A stretch of DNA of 64,000 bases. Source: Pseudomonadota bacterium (GTDB lineage Bacteria > Myxococcota_A > UBA9160 > PR03). Positions 39,434 to 48,012 of the stretch are shown here, one piece after another. Positions within the stretch are counted from its first letter, which is position 1, and each line of letters starts with the position of its first letter. The DNA is taken from contig QEVM01000001.1 in the NCBI GenBank assembly GCA_003576805.1, positions 2,646 to 66,645 on the forward strand. Reading direction: 5' to 3'. The notes below the pieces were generated by a model, which had not been told where the DNA came from, searched no databases, and saw nothing but the letters and a program-made list of their open reading frames with translations. The translations under genes were made by a program, and so were the position numbers.

Positions 39434-40701
39434 GCGACACTCCGATGCGGGGCGAAGCGGATCGGAAGTGACCGCGGTCCGCGGAGGAGATTCGACTCGA
39501 TCACGTTGACCTCCTCGGCGTCGAGGCGGAAGTCGCGGCAGCGATCGAAGAGGGTCTCGAACGCAACTCGTGCTTCCAACCGAGCGAGCGCTGCACCGAG
39601 GCAGAAGTGGATGCCGTGGCCGAACGCCACGTGCTCTCGGGACTTGCGATCGATGTCGAAGCGATCCGGCTCCGGGAACTGCCGCTCGTCGCGGTTCGCA
39701 GACGCGAAGAGCACCATGAGGAAGGCGTCCTTCGGCAGCTTCGTGCCGCCCAGCTCCACCTCCTCGACCACCTTGCGCGGGATGCCCTGGATTGGCGAGT
39801 CGTAACGGAGCGCCTCTTCGAGCATCGCCGGGATTCGCGAGCGGTCGGCGGCGACACGTTCCATCACATCCGGGTGCGCGAGCATCGCTCGCATCGCGTT
39901 GCCGATCAGATTCGTCGTCGTCTCGTTGCCTGCAATCAGCAGGAGGACGATGAACGATAGAACCTCGCCGCCCGTGAGTGCGTCGCCTTCCTCGGCTTGC
40001 GTGAGGATGCTGATCAGATCGTCACGTGGGCTGCTCCTCCGCGCCGCGACAACCGACTCGATGTAGTCGGCCATTTCGTCCGCCGCAGCGGCCACCTCTG
40101 CGCGACCGAAGGCCTGTGACGTTCCGGAGAGCCCGATCACGATTGCATCGGACCAGTGCTTGAATCGCTCGCGGCGCTCGGGCTCGACACCCAGGAGCTC
40201 CGCGATCACGGTCACCGGAAACGGAATCGCGAAGTCCTTCACCAGGTCCATCTGCCCGGTGGCGACGACTGAATCCAAGCATGTCTCGGCGATCGCGCGG
40301 AGGCGGGGCGCCAGCGCAGACATGCGCCTCGGGGTGAAGCCGCGGTTCACGAGGTTACGCAGCCGCGTGTGATCCGGGGGGTCTGTCGCGATCATCATCG
40401 ACGACTGGAGAAGCCGGTGGCCCGCGAGCGCGCCCGAGTTCGGGCCGAAGCTGATGCCGCCACCTTGGGCGAGGATCTGAAGCGCTGTCGAGGAGAAGAC
40501 CTCGGGTCGATGAAGCACTGAGCAGACGTCGTCATAGCGCGCGACGGCGTAGAACGGAGCGCCAGGCAGAATCTGGTGGATCGGCGACTCGCGTCGCATC
40601 GCGGCGTAGTACGGATACGGGTCGTGCCGGACCGTTGGTAGCAACGGGTTGTAGTCACTCGCCGACACGAGGTTCTTGGACGACAGAGCGGGAATCGACA
40701 T
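39430..40701 (-). CDS. cytochrome P450
   Basis: AGNETTTN, EALRYD, FGHGIHFCLGAALA. 4-nt overlap with the downstream P450. Confidence 0.9.
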   Translation of the reverse strand: MSIPALSSKNLVSASDYNPLLPTVRHDPYPYYAAMRRESPIHQILPGAPFYAVARYDDVCSVLHRPEVFSSTALQILAQGGGISFGPNSGALAGHRLLQSSMMIATDPPDHTRLRNLVNRGFTPRRMSALAPRLRAIAETCLDSVVATGQMDLVKDFAIPFPVTVIAELLGVEPERRERFKHWSDAIVIGLSGTSQAFGRAEVAAAADEMADYIESVVAARRSSPRDDLISILTQAEEGDALTGGEVLSFIVLLLIAGNETTTNLIGNAMRAMLAHPDVMERVAADRSRIPAMLEEALRYDSPIQGIPRKVVEEVELGGTKLPKDAFLMVLFASANRDERQFPEPDRFDIDRKSREHVAFGHGIHFCLGAALARLEARVAFETLFDRCRDFRLDAEEVNVIESNLLRGPRSLPIRFAPHRSVA

Positions 40702-40719
40702 CCAGGCTTCCTCCTGGGC

Positions 40720-42030
40720 CTACGCCCTTCCACGGCTTCGGAATTCGAGATGGGCGTACTCTGCGCGCGCCTCGGCAAGCGCTCCCTCGACGCGGTCTGC
40801 AAGGGATCGCACACCCGTCCAGATCCACCGCTCCGGCGCGACCTCTTCGAGATCTCCGAGCGCCGCGAGGTCCTGCACCCATGCAGCTGCCTCGTCGTGC
40901 GCGATCACGAGACGGAACGTGCTGCCTCCGACCTTCCAGATCGGGTAGTGCGAGCGACCGCCCCACGCTAGGTCGAGAACGCGCATGGCTTCGCTCGTGT
41001 GCTCTTCGAGGACGGAGTAGATCGCGGGAATGCGCTCCGAGAAGATCTCGAGATCGCGCATCGCCATCCGCTTGGGATTTGTGAAGACGATCTCGTGGCT
41101 CGGGTACGAGATGTCCTCGTCCACGTCGAGCGCGAGCAGGCGCCGACTCGATTCGAGGTAGCGGAGCACGCCGCAGTGCTCGGGCGGCACACCGGCGAGG
41201 GAAGCGAGCGTCCCCGGTGTGACGAGTGAAGTCGTCGCCGGAAGCCACATGTCGCCCGTGATGAGATGACCGCGATCGACGCGCACGCAGAGATGACCGG
41301 GAATGTGGCCGTCGAAGCGCAGGAGCTCGATGCGGCCGTCGGCGAGCGAAACGACCTCGAGACCAGGATCGATCTCCTGGTCCACCCGGAGCGGCCCCTC
41401 GTCCATGCTGCCCCAGGGCGCACGATCGAAGTCGAGGCCCGAGTTGCGCATGAGCGCGAGGTAGTGATCGCGGATCTCGCCCGTGAGACGTTCTACATCG
41501 ACGTCGATCCCGCAGTCTCGGAAGAAGGGGATCCGAGTCCGCAGGAAGGACTCACGGCGCGCGACCAAGGGGAAAAGTTCGCTCGTGTAGCGGTGGGCAA
41601 CCGTGGTCGCGCCGCTCCCGAGCGCTTCGATGGCGGCGTGACCTCCCGCGTGATCGAAGTGCGCGTGCGTGTAGATCGCGATGATCGGTCGCTCGCCGAG
41701 ACTTCGGCCTTCCGCGCGCACGATCTCTTCGAGCGTTTCCGGAAAGATCTCGGGCGCCGTCGTCCTATAGGTCGAATCGACGACGAACAGGAAGTCGGGA
41801 AGCGAGACGATGTGGCAGGCGACCGAGAACGAGCTTGCGCCGATGGGAGTTCCGCCCTCACCAAAACGCTCCTGCAGGTAGCGCGAGGTCGGCGTGTCGA
41901 AACGGTCGAGGACCACCGCGAGGGGGCTCGGCATGCGGCCACCAGGGCCCGAGAAGGCACCCGACTCGGCCTCGATGCGATAAATGCGAAGACCGTCCCT
42001 GCTGCGTGCTGCCTCGCGCGATTGGATCAT
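40720..42030 (-). CDS. MBL-fold metallo-hydrolase with long C-terminal extension
   Basis: IYTHAHFDHAGG (HxHxDH), later GHIPGH and ..HEIVF.. ligand candidates. 436 aa. Confidence 0.8.
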   Translation of the reverse strand: MIQSREAARSRDGLRIYRIEAESGAFSGPGGRMPSPLAVVLDRFDTPTSRYLQERFGEGGTPIGASSFSVACHIVSLPDFLFVVDSTYRTTAPEIFPETLEEIVRAEGRSLGERPIIAIYTHAHFDHAGGHAAIEALGSGATTVAHRYTSELFPLVARRESFLRTRIPFFRDCGIDVDVERLTGEIRDHYLALMRNSGLDFDRAPWGSMDEGPLRVDQEIDPGLEVVSLADGRIELLRFDGHIPGHLCVRVDRGHLITGDMWLPATTSLVTPGTLASLAGVPPEHCGVLRYLESSRRLLALDVDEDISYPSHEIVFTNPKRMAMRDLEIFSERIPAIYSVLEEHTSEAMRVLDLAWGGRSHYPIWKVGGSTFRLVIAHDEAAAWVQDLAALGDLEEVAPERWIWTGVRSLADRVEGALAEARAEYAHLEFRSRGRA

Positions 42031-42665
42031 GTGGATTCATCCGGCAAGGCGACCTCAGCGGCGAGATCGGGCCACGCTTCCGGTCGCAGCACGCCGAAGA
42101 GCAGCACGCGCTTCACCTCGCGGGCTAGGCGCTCGGTGGCGCGTTCCATGGCCTCAGGAGTCTCGTGTGCGGCACGCGCGAGCAGTGGCCAGAGAATGCC
42201 GACGCTCATCAACACGTAGCCAAGCATTTCCACATCGACACCGGGCTGCGCTTTCGCGTTGCTGGTGATCCGCCGCAGCTCGCCGAGGTATTGCTCCCAG
42301 GCATCGCGGGGAAGCGGATTTGCCGAGATGAGCTGATGGAGAGTGAGTTGCGTGACTTCGGGGTGCTCGACGAAGAACCGCGCCATGTGGTCGATCCGTT
42401 CGCCGATCGGCATCGGTGCGACGAGCATGCGAGCCACGTCCTGAGCCAGGTCCGCAAACACGGCGGCGACGAGCTCGTCGCGCGTTCGGAAGTGCTGATA
42501 GGCCGTCGTCCGGTTGAGCGTCGCCCGGTGCGCCACCTCTGAGACGGTGACGGCTGCGGGGCCTCGCTCCGCCATGAGCTCGCGTGCGGTGCGCAGTAGG
42601 CGCTCGCGACTGGACCGGTAGTCACGGCGTCGGATCCGGTCGGGCAGTTGCGTCGGCTTCGGCAT
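42027..42665 (-). CDS. TetR/AcrR family transcriptional regulator
   Basis: SRERLLRTARELMAERGPAAVTVSEVAHRATLNRTTAYQHFRTRDEL HTH. 4-nt overlap with the MBL gene. Confidence 0.85.
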   Translation of the reverse strand: MPKPTQLPDRIRRRDYRSSRERLLRTARELMAERGPAAVTVSEVAHRATLNRTTAYQHFRTRDELVAAVFADLAQDVARMLVAPMPIGERIDHMARFFVEHPEVTQLTLHQLISANPLPRDAWEQYLGELRRITSNAKAQPGVDVEMLGYVLMSVGILWPLLARAAHETPEAMERATERLAREVKRVLLFGVLRPEAWPDLAAEVALPDEST

Positions 42666-42700
42666 CAGAAGCCGAGCCTATCCAATTCTCACAATTAAAG

Positions 42701-42716
42701 TCAACATCGGTGTTGA
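42701..42716. promoter_or_regulatory. perfect inverted repeat TCAACA-TCGG-TGTTGA upstream of the TetR-MBL-P450 operon (candidate TetR operator)
   Basis: Seen directly in an AT-rich patch about 36 nt upstream of the TetR start codon. Confidence 0.4.
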
Positions 42717-42904
42717 ACTTCTAGAGCTGCCGACCCGCTGGCGATGGCCGCGTCCCCGAGCCACCGGATCTCCGGAGAACGGCCCACCGGCCAAAACAAA
42801 CGTACCGGCCGCCAGGAGAGCCTCCCGCGAGCCACCGAGCGGATTCTCGGAGTCAACTCAGCGGTGTGTAGGTGACCTGGGCCTGTTGCCCTAGACGGGC
42901 GTCG

Positions 42905-44860
42905 TCAGCGCTCGCGACCGCGGTCTTGCTCGTGCTCGACATCGTCGAGCGCCCAGGTGAGCGTTCGACGCTCGCGGCTTTCCTGCTCCGCGGTGACCTC
43001 GGCCCGCGCGCGGACGGCATGGCCCACCTCGAGGTCTCGGCGGTCCGTCGGGACTGCGGTCAACTCCTGCCCGGTGTCGAGTACGACGTAGCTCTTGCCG
43101 TCGTCGTCGACGGCGTAGCCGACGACGGGGCCTTGGTGGGCGCGGCCGGGCTCGGCCCTGGTCGTACTGCTCTCCTTGCCATGGATGCGCTCCAAATCAC
43201 GCAGCGTCGTCGGAACGCGCTCGCCGCGAATCATTCTTCCCTCGACCATCCGCTCCGCTCCTTTCTCGACTTCATAGGTTCTCTCGGCTCCTTCGTCGCG
43301 ACTTCGACGCAGGAGGCCCTCCCGCTCGAGCACAGGTCCGCGCGCGCGGACTGCGGCGCGCCATTGGCGGAAGAAGCCGCGGCGGTCGGGGGCCGGAGAG
43401 GGAAGGGCGCCGGTCTCTCGCACGGATCGAAGGGCATCGCGGTCGAGCAAGGTGGAGGCGGTCTCCGCGCGCTTCAAGTCGCGTAGCGGGCCATGCTCGA
43501 GGATCTCGGTCCGCATCGCGCGGTCTCCGGTGCGGGTGGCCGCGCCGCCGCGCAGTGTCACAACGGAGCCGGGCCGGAGGCGGCCCTCTCCGCGGGCCGT
43601 GACGATCTCCGTTGTCTGCGGGATCAGATGGCGACGGCCATCCGTGCCCTCGACGATCAGCAGCGGCTCGTCGCGGGACTCGTCGATCCCGCCTCCGGTC
43701 ACGCGGCCCGTGACCTCCACGCCCGCCAACATACGCGTCAGCACCACCGGCGCGTCCCGATCGGACACCAAGGTGCGCGAGCGCGCGAGGCTCTTCTGCA
43801 CGTCACCAGCGATCTGGATCTGCCGGAGCGCCGGGACAAGTTCGGGGGAGAGGTGCCAGCGTTTGGGTCCAAGCCGTTCTGCGAGGCCGATGCTTTCCAG
43901 ATACTGAAGCCTACGCAGGTCCTGCTGCCGACGCTCTTGGGCGACGGGTCGCGACGGCACCCCATCGTCGAAGGACACGGTCCCACCCGCGTCCGCTCGT
44001 CCGAGGAGCGAGCGGTCGATCTCCGTGAGCCGCGGCGCCGAGATCGCATTCTCGCGCGCTCGCCGGTACTCGTGCTCCTGCCGATGCCCGAGCGTCCGCG
44101 TCAGGAGCTCCTGACTGCGCGCCCGAATGCCCGTCCGGATGTAGTCGCGCGCGAGGAGGAGGGCCTTGCCTTCCTCGTCTACGCCGCGCACCACGATGTG
44201 TACGTGAGGGTGCGCCGTGTCGTGGTGATCGATCGCCACCCACTCGAGCCGGGTGCCAAGATCGTACTCGATCTGCGCCATCAGCTGCCGCGCGTGGCCG
44301 CTGAGATCGGCCCGCGCCCCTGCCTCGGGTGAGACGACGATCTTCCAGAGGCGCGCATCGCCGGCCTTCTGCCAAGCGTCGAGCCGCTCGGGAAGGTCGA
44401 GGTCATCGCGCTCCGCATCGAATCCCAGCCCCCGCGCGTCCTCGCGCTGTGCACCCGCGCGGCTCAGGTAACGGCCCTGTGCCCGCCAGGCTCCGCGTCC
44501 CTTATTCCGCGCGAACGACATCTTCACGAGGCTGCGCTGTTGGAGCGGTGACGACGTGGTCGTGAACGCGATGGGGCCTCGAGCGCGCCGGTGTCCGCGC
44601 TGATGCGCGCCGAGCTCCGCGGACAGGCGCTGCAGTGCCCGAGCTGACCGCCCTCCGCTCTCGCGCGCGATCCGCGAAGGTCGCAGACGCATCGAGGGAG
44701 CGTCCCGATCGGAGGTCGAGCGACTACCACTTCGTTGCGCGAGCGCCGGCGACGAGAGTTCGGGGCCACGCTTGTGCTCTCTGTGGTGGCCATGATCAAC
44801 CGCCTGGCCGGCATCCGATCGCGCCGAGCCAGGCTTCGCGGTCGGCGACCGCGGGCTCAC
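42905..44860 (-). CDS. conjugative relaxase (VirD2/MobP-like relaxase domain with large C-terminal extension)
   Basis: RLWKIVVSPE...WVAIDHHDTAHPHVHIVVRGVD histidine-triad motif. N-terminal MRLRPSRIARE block typical of ICE relaxases of this type. The ATG at 44860 overlaps the traF stop by 4 nt (alternative start 44692). Confidence 0.8.
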   Translation of the reverse strand: MSPRSPTAKPGSARSDAGQAVDHGHHREHKRGPELSSPALAQRSGSRSTSDRDAPSMRLRPSRIARESGGRSARALQRLSAELGAHQRGHRRARGPIAFTTTSSPLQQRSLVKMSFARNKGRGAWRAQGRYLSRAGAQREDARGLGFDAERDDLDLPERLDAWQKAGDARLWKIVVSPEAGARADLSGHARQLMAQIEYDLGTRLEWVAIDHHDTAHPHVHIVVRGVDEEGKALLLARDYIRTGIRARSQELLTRTLGHRQEHEYRRARENAISAPRLTEIDRSLLGRADAGGTVSFDDGVPSRPVAQERRQQDLRRLQYLESIGLAERLGPKRWHLSPELVPALRQIQIAGDVQKSLARSRTLVSDRDAPVVLTRMLAGVEVTGRVTGGGIDESRDEPLLIVEGTDGRRHLIPQTTEIVTARGEGRLRPGSVVTLRGGAATRTGDRAMRTEILEHGPLRDLKRAETASTLLDRDALRSVRETGALPSPAPDRRGFFRQWRAAVRARGPVLEREGLLRRSRDEGAERTYEVEKGAERMVEGRMIRGERVPTTLRDLERIHGKESSTTRAEPGRAHQGPVVGYAVDDDGKSYVVLDTGQELTAVPTDRRDLEVGHAVRARAEVTAEQESRERRTLTWALDDVEHEQDRGRER

Positions 44861-45411
44861 TTGGGATCACCTGCCGATCGCGTCATCAGCGGGCGAGCGA
44901 TCGCGACGATGCTCGCGGCGGAGACGGGCCCGAAGTAGCGGCTATCCCAGCTGCGCTCGCGACGAATGCCGAGAAGCCAGACCTCACCGTCGCAGACGAG
45001 GCGGCGCCCGAAGGGGACGTGCTCGAGCGGGCGGCCGAGGCTGTCCGTCGAGTGACGTCGCGAGCGATCGACGACTCGACCGTTGACGGCGAGGAAGTCG
45101 CGCTTCAGCTCGACGTCGTCGCCGGCGACTGCGATCACCTGCTTGAGCACCGGGCTCGTTCCACTCGAGCACGAGCCGGCCGACAGGTATCCGCGGGCGA
45201 ATCCGAGAGCTGCGACCCAGTCCGGCAGGCAAGCCGCGACCAAGTCGTTCCGCTCGATGCCGGCCGCGCGTTGGATCGAGTAGACGCCCAGAGGTGCCGA
45301 GGTCGTCCAGTTGATGCGAACCGGCAGCGCGGTAGCGAGCCAGATCGTGGTCGAAGCGGCCGCGATCGCGGGGATCGCGGCGGCGCGGCGCTTTGCAGGT
45401 CCGACCGACAC
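44857..45411 (-). CDS. traF: S26-family signal peptidase, conjugal TraF type
   Basis: N-terminal TM, NWTTSAPLGVY, VKQVIAVAGDDV, SWDSRYFGPV motifs. Confidence 0.8.
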   Translation of the reverse strand: MSVGPAKRRAAAIPAIAAASTTIWLATALPVRINWTTSAPLGVYSIQRAAGIERNDLVAACLPDWVAALGFARGYLSAGSCSSGTSPVLKQVIAVAGDDVELKRDFLAVNGRVVDRSRRHSTDSLGRPLEHVPFGRRLVCDGEVWLLGIRRERSWDSRYFGPVSAASIVAIARPLMTRSAGDPK

Positions 45412-45418
45412 TCGCGAC

Positions 45419-45649
45419 TCATTGCGGCCGCGGTGGCGTCGCTTCGGACGTGGACCGCCGGCGACCGCCTTCGATGCACGCCTCGAGATCCTTGACGTCG
45501 TACCGCACCGAGTGCCCGAGCTTCACGAAGCGCGGACCGCTGCCCTGCAGACGCCACTTCTGGAGCGTCCGCATGCTCACCCCGAGCAGCTCCGAGGCAT
45601 CGCGCACCGTGACGAGTCGAGACACGGGCCGCTGCTTCCGCAAGGCCAT
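45419..45649 (-). CDS. helix-turn-helix DNA-binding protein (AlpA/excisionase-like)
   Basis: LVTVRDASELLGVSMRTLQKWRLQGSGPRFVKLGHSVRYDVKDLEACI. Confidence 0.75.
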   Translation of the reverse strand: MALRKQRPVSRLVTVRDASELLGVSMRTLQKWRLQGSGPRFVKLGHSVRYDVKDLEACIEGGRRRSTSEATPPRPQ

Positions 45650-45877
45650 GCCGATCGGGCGAGGCGCCGAACGGCGGTGATCGCGCTAGCCGGTGCGCAC
45701 GAGGGGTCTGGCGGCGCGGTGCTGGCGGGCACTGGCGGCGGGTCCACTGCCAGCGGCACCGGCGGGCAACCCGCCGGGTTGAGCCGCTCCGGGATTGCCG
45801 GAGCCTGGAGTCATTGACCCCGATGGGGAAATCACGGAGGTCGCAGCGAGCCATCGATCCCGCGACAGCCTTGGCCT

Positions 45878-47200
45878 CTACTTGTAGAGCCCCTCGCGCG
45901 TCAGCCCGAGCGTGCGCGCGGTGGCGGCGCGGCGGTTGCCGTGGGCGTCGAGTGCGCGGCGGATCAGCCAGGCCTCGACGCGCGCGACCTGCGCGCGCAG
46001 CGTCTGCGGACCCTCGTGCGCGGTCGACTCCTGCACGGGGCGCAGGGCGCCCTGCAGGCGCTCCGAGAGATGGCGCTGCGCGATCGACTCGCCAGACTCC
46101 GCGAGCGCGAGCGCGTGCTGCATCTCGTTCTCGAGCTCGCGCACGTTGCCGGGCCAGTGGTAGGCGAGCAGCAGGTCGGCGGCGGCGCGCGAGAGGTGGC
46201 AGCCGGGCTTGGCTTCGCGCTCGCCGTGCAGGCGCAGGAAGTGCTCGGCGAGCGGCACGACGTCGTCGGCGCGCGCGCGCAGCGGCGGCACGTTGATGCG
46301 GAACACCGCGAGCCGGTAGTAGAGGTCCTCGCGGAAGCGGCCGCGCGCGACCTCCTCGCCGAGCGTGCGGTTGGTGGCGGCGACGACGCGCACGTCGACC
46401 TTGCGCGCCTTCGCGCCGCCGACCGGGCGCACCTCGCGCTCCTGGAGCGCGCGCAGCAGCTTCGCCTGGAGCGACGGCGAGGTCTCCCCGATCTCGTCGA
46501 GGAAGAGCGTGCCGCCGTCGGCCGCCTCGAAGAGGCCGGGCTGGCTGCGGTCGGCGCCGGTGAAGGCGCCCTTCACGTGGCCGAACAGCTCGCTCTCGAG
46601 CAGCGTCTCGGGGAACGCCGCGCAGTTGACCGCGACGAACGCGCCCCGCCGGCGCGGCGAGCCGTCGTGGATGGCGCGCGCGAGCACCTCCTTGCCCGTG
46701 CCGGTCTCGCCGGTGAGGAGCACGGTCGCGTGCGAGGCGGTGGCGCGCTCGACGAGCGCGAGCACGTCGCGCATCGGGGCGCTGCGCGCGAGCAGGCGCC
46801 GGCCCGCGACGCCGTCCGCCGGCGTGCGGATCGGCGCGGGCGGCACCACGGCGGCGAGGAGATCGCGCAGCGACGCGCCGTCGGCCTCGCCGCGCGCACA
46901 CACGGCGGTGGCGCCGGCGCTGCGCAGCACGACGCTGCTGGTCGCGCTGGTCGCGGGCAGGCGGACCAGGATCGGCGGGCAGGCGCCGCGGCCGGCCTGG
47001 CGCAGGCGCGCCACCGCTTCGCGCGCGGGGCGGTCCGCGTCGGCGTCGAGCACGATCGCGTCGAACGCCGAAAGCGGCAGCGCGGCGGCGTCCTCGGCGT
47101 CGCGCGCCCACGCGACGTCGAGCAGCGGCGACTCCGCGACGCCCTCGCTGCGCAGCGTCTCGGCCCGGCCCACGAACAGGATCGATCGGATGCGGTCCAC
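45878..47200 (-). CDS. sigma-54-dependent transcriptional activator (EBP) with atypical receiver-like N-domain
   Basis: GETGTGKE, GAFTGA, LFLDEIG, RFREDLYYRL, WPGNVRELEN, C-terminal HTH NRRAATARTLGLTREGLYK. GTG 47200 preceded by AGGGAG. The N-domain starts ILFVG, without the usual acidic pair. Confidence 0.9.
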   Translation of the reverse strand: MDRIRSILFVGRAETLRSEGVAESPLLDVAWARDAEDAAALPLSAFDAIVLDADADRPAREAVARLRQAGRGACPPILVRLPATSATSSVVLRSAGATAVCARGEADGASLRDLLAAVVPPAPIRTPADGVAGRRLLARSAPMRDVLALVERATASHATVLLTGETGTGKEVLARAIHDGSPRRRGAFVAVNCAAFPETLLESELFGHVKGAFTGADRSQPGLFEAADGGTLFLDEIGETSPSLQAKLLRALQEREVRPVGGAKARKVDVRVVAATNRTLGEEVARGRFREDLYYRLAVFRINVPPLRARADDVVPLAEHFLRLHGEREAKPGCHLSRAAADLLLAYHWPGNVRELENEMQHALALAESGESIAQRHLSERLQGALRPVQESTAHEGPQTLRAQVARVEAWLIRRALDAHGNRRAATARTLGLTREGLYK

Positions 47201-47388
47201 GTGGCTCCCTCGCTCGTCCCCCGCGCGAGGCAGGAAGAGCAAGGGACGTGCCCGCCCGCGTGGACGCCGGGCCACGCTGATCGATGCTGAGCGGGCGACG
47301 GCGGTTCGCTGACGACGAGCGCGAGCGAAGGCGTATCGCGCATACGTCGAGCGAAGCGCGAGGAAGTCAGCGGGCCGCCGGCGCGCGC

Positions 47389-48012
47389 TCAGTGCACCAC
47401 GAGCACCGGCTTGCGCGTCTCGCCGATCACGCGGTGCGAGAGCGAGCCGAGCACCGCGCCGCTGAACGCGCCGAGCCCGCGGCTGCCCATCACGACGAGG
47501 TCGGCCTTCTCGGCGGCGTCGGCGATCGCGCGCGTCGGCGGCTTCATCTCGACGCGTCCCACGTGCGGAACGCCGGCCGCCTCGCAGATGCGCCCGCAGC
47601 GCTCGAGCTGCGCGATCGCGTCCTTGCGCAGCGTCTCCTCCATCTTGCCGATGTCGAGCCCGAGCCGCGTCGCGCCGGCGAACGCGCTGTCGAGCGGCAG
47701 CAGCCGGATCACGGTGGGATCGATCGCGGAGATCAGCGTGAGCCGTCCGCCGGTCACCTTCGCGATCGAGGTGGCGAGCTCGACCGCGCGCAGCGACGGG
47801 CCGGAGCCGTCCACCGCGACCACGATCTCGCGCGGCGCGGCGGGCAGGGCGGACGGTGCGGCCGGCTTCACGCCCTCCGCGCGCTCGTGCTCGCTCTCGG
47901 TCGAGATCGCGCAGCGCAGCGAGCAGTAACGCTCGGAGCCCTGCGCGGTCGGGAACTCGACGGCGGTCTCCTCGGGGACGTGCGCTCCGCACACGGGGCA
48001 CTTCATCATCAT
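47389..48012 (-). CDS. universal stress protein with N-terminal zinc-ribbon
   Basis: MMMKCPVCG...YCSLRC, then a UspA domain (IVVAVDGS...VVMGSRGLGAFSGAVLGSLSHRV). AAGGAG RBS. ATGA overlap with the ppsA stop. Confidence 0.8.
   Translation of the reverse strand: MMMKCPVCGAHVPEETAVEFPTAQGSERYCSLRCAISTESEHERAEGVKPAAPSALPAAPREIVVAVDGSGPSLRAVELATSIAKVTGGRLTLISAIDPTVIRLLPLDSAFAGATRLGLDIGKMEETLRKDAIAQLERCGRICEAAGVPHVGRVEMKPPTRAIADAAEKADLVVMGSRGLGAFSGAVLGSLSHRVIGETRKPVLVVH

Larger units (their letters stand above)
22378..45816. mobile_element. degenerate integrative conjugative/mobilisable element (serine recombinase; HTH-TraF-relaxase; TraG stub; cargo modules)
   Basis: Recombinase at one end and relaxase/TraF/HTH at the other. 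G+C is lower by eye in several stretches, and there are multiple pseudogenes. Colinear motifs CGCTCCGG and GTCATTG occur at both inferred ends (22378-22391; 45785-45816). No trb/T4SS genes are present. Confidence 0.6.

Noticed and set aside
45761-45775. Hairpin GGCGGG-CAA-CCCGCC near the right island end as an intrinsic terminator
   Set aside because: No U-tract follows, and stems of this size are common in GC-rich DNA.
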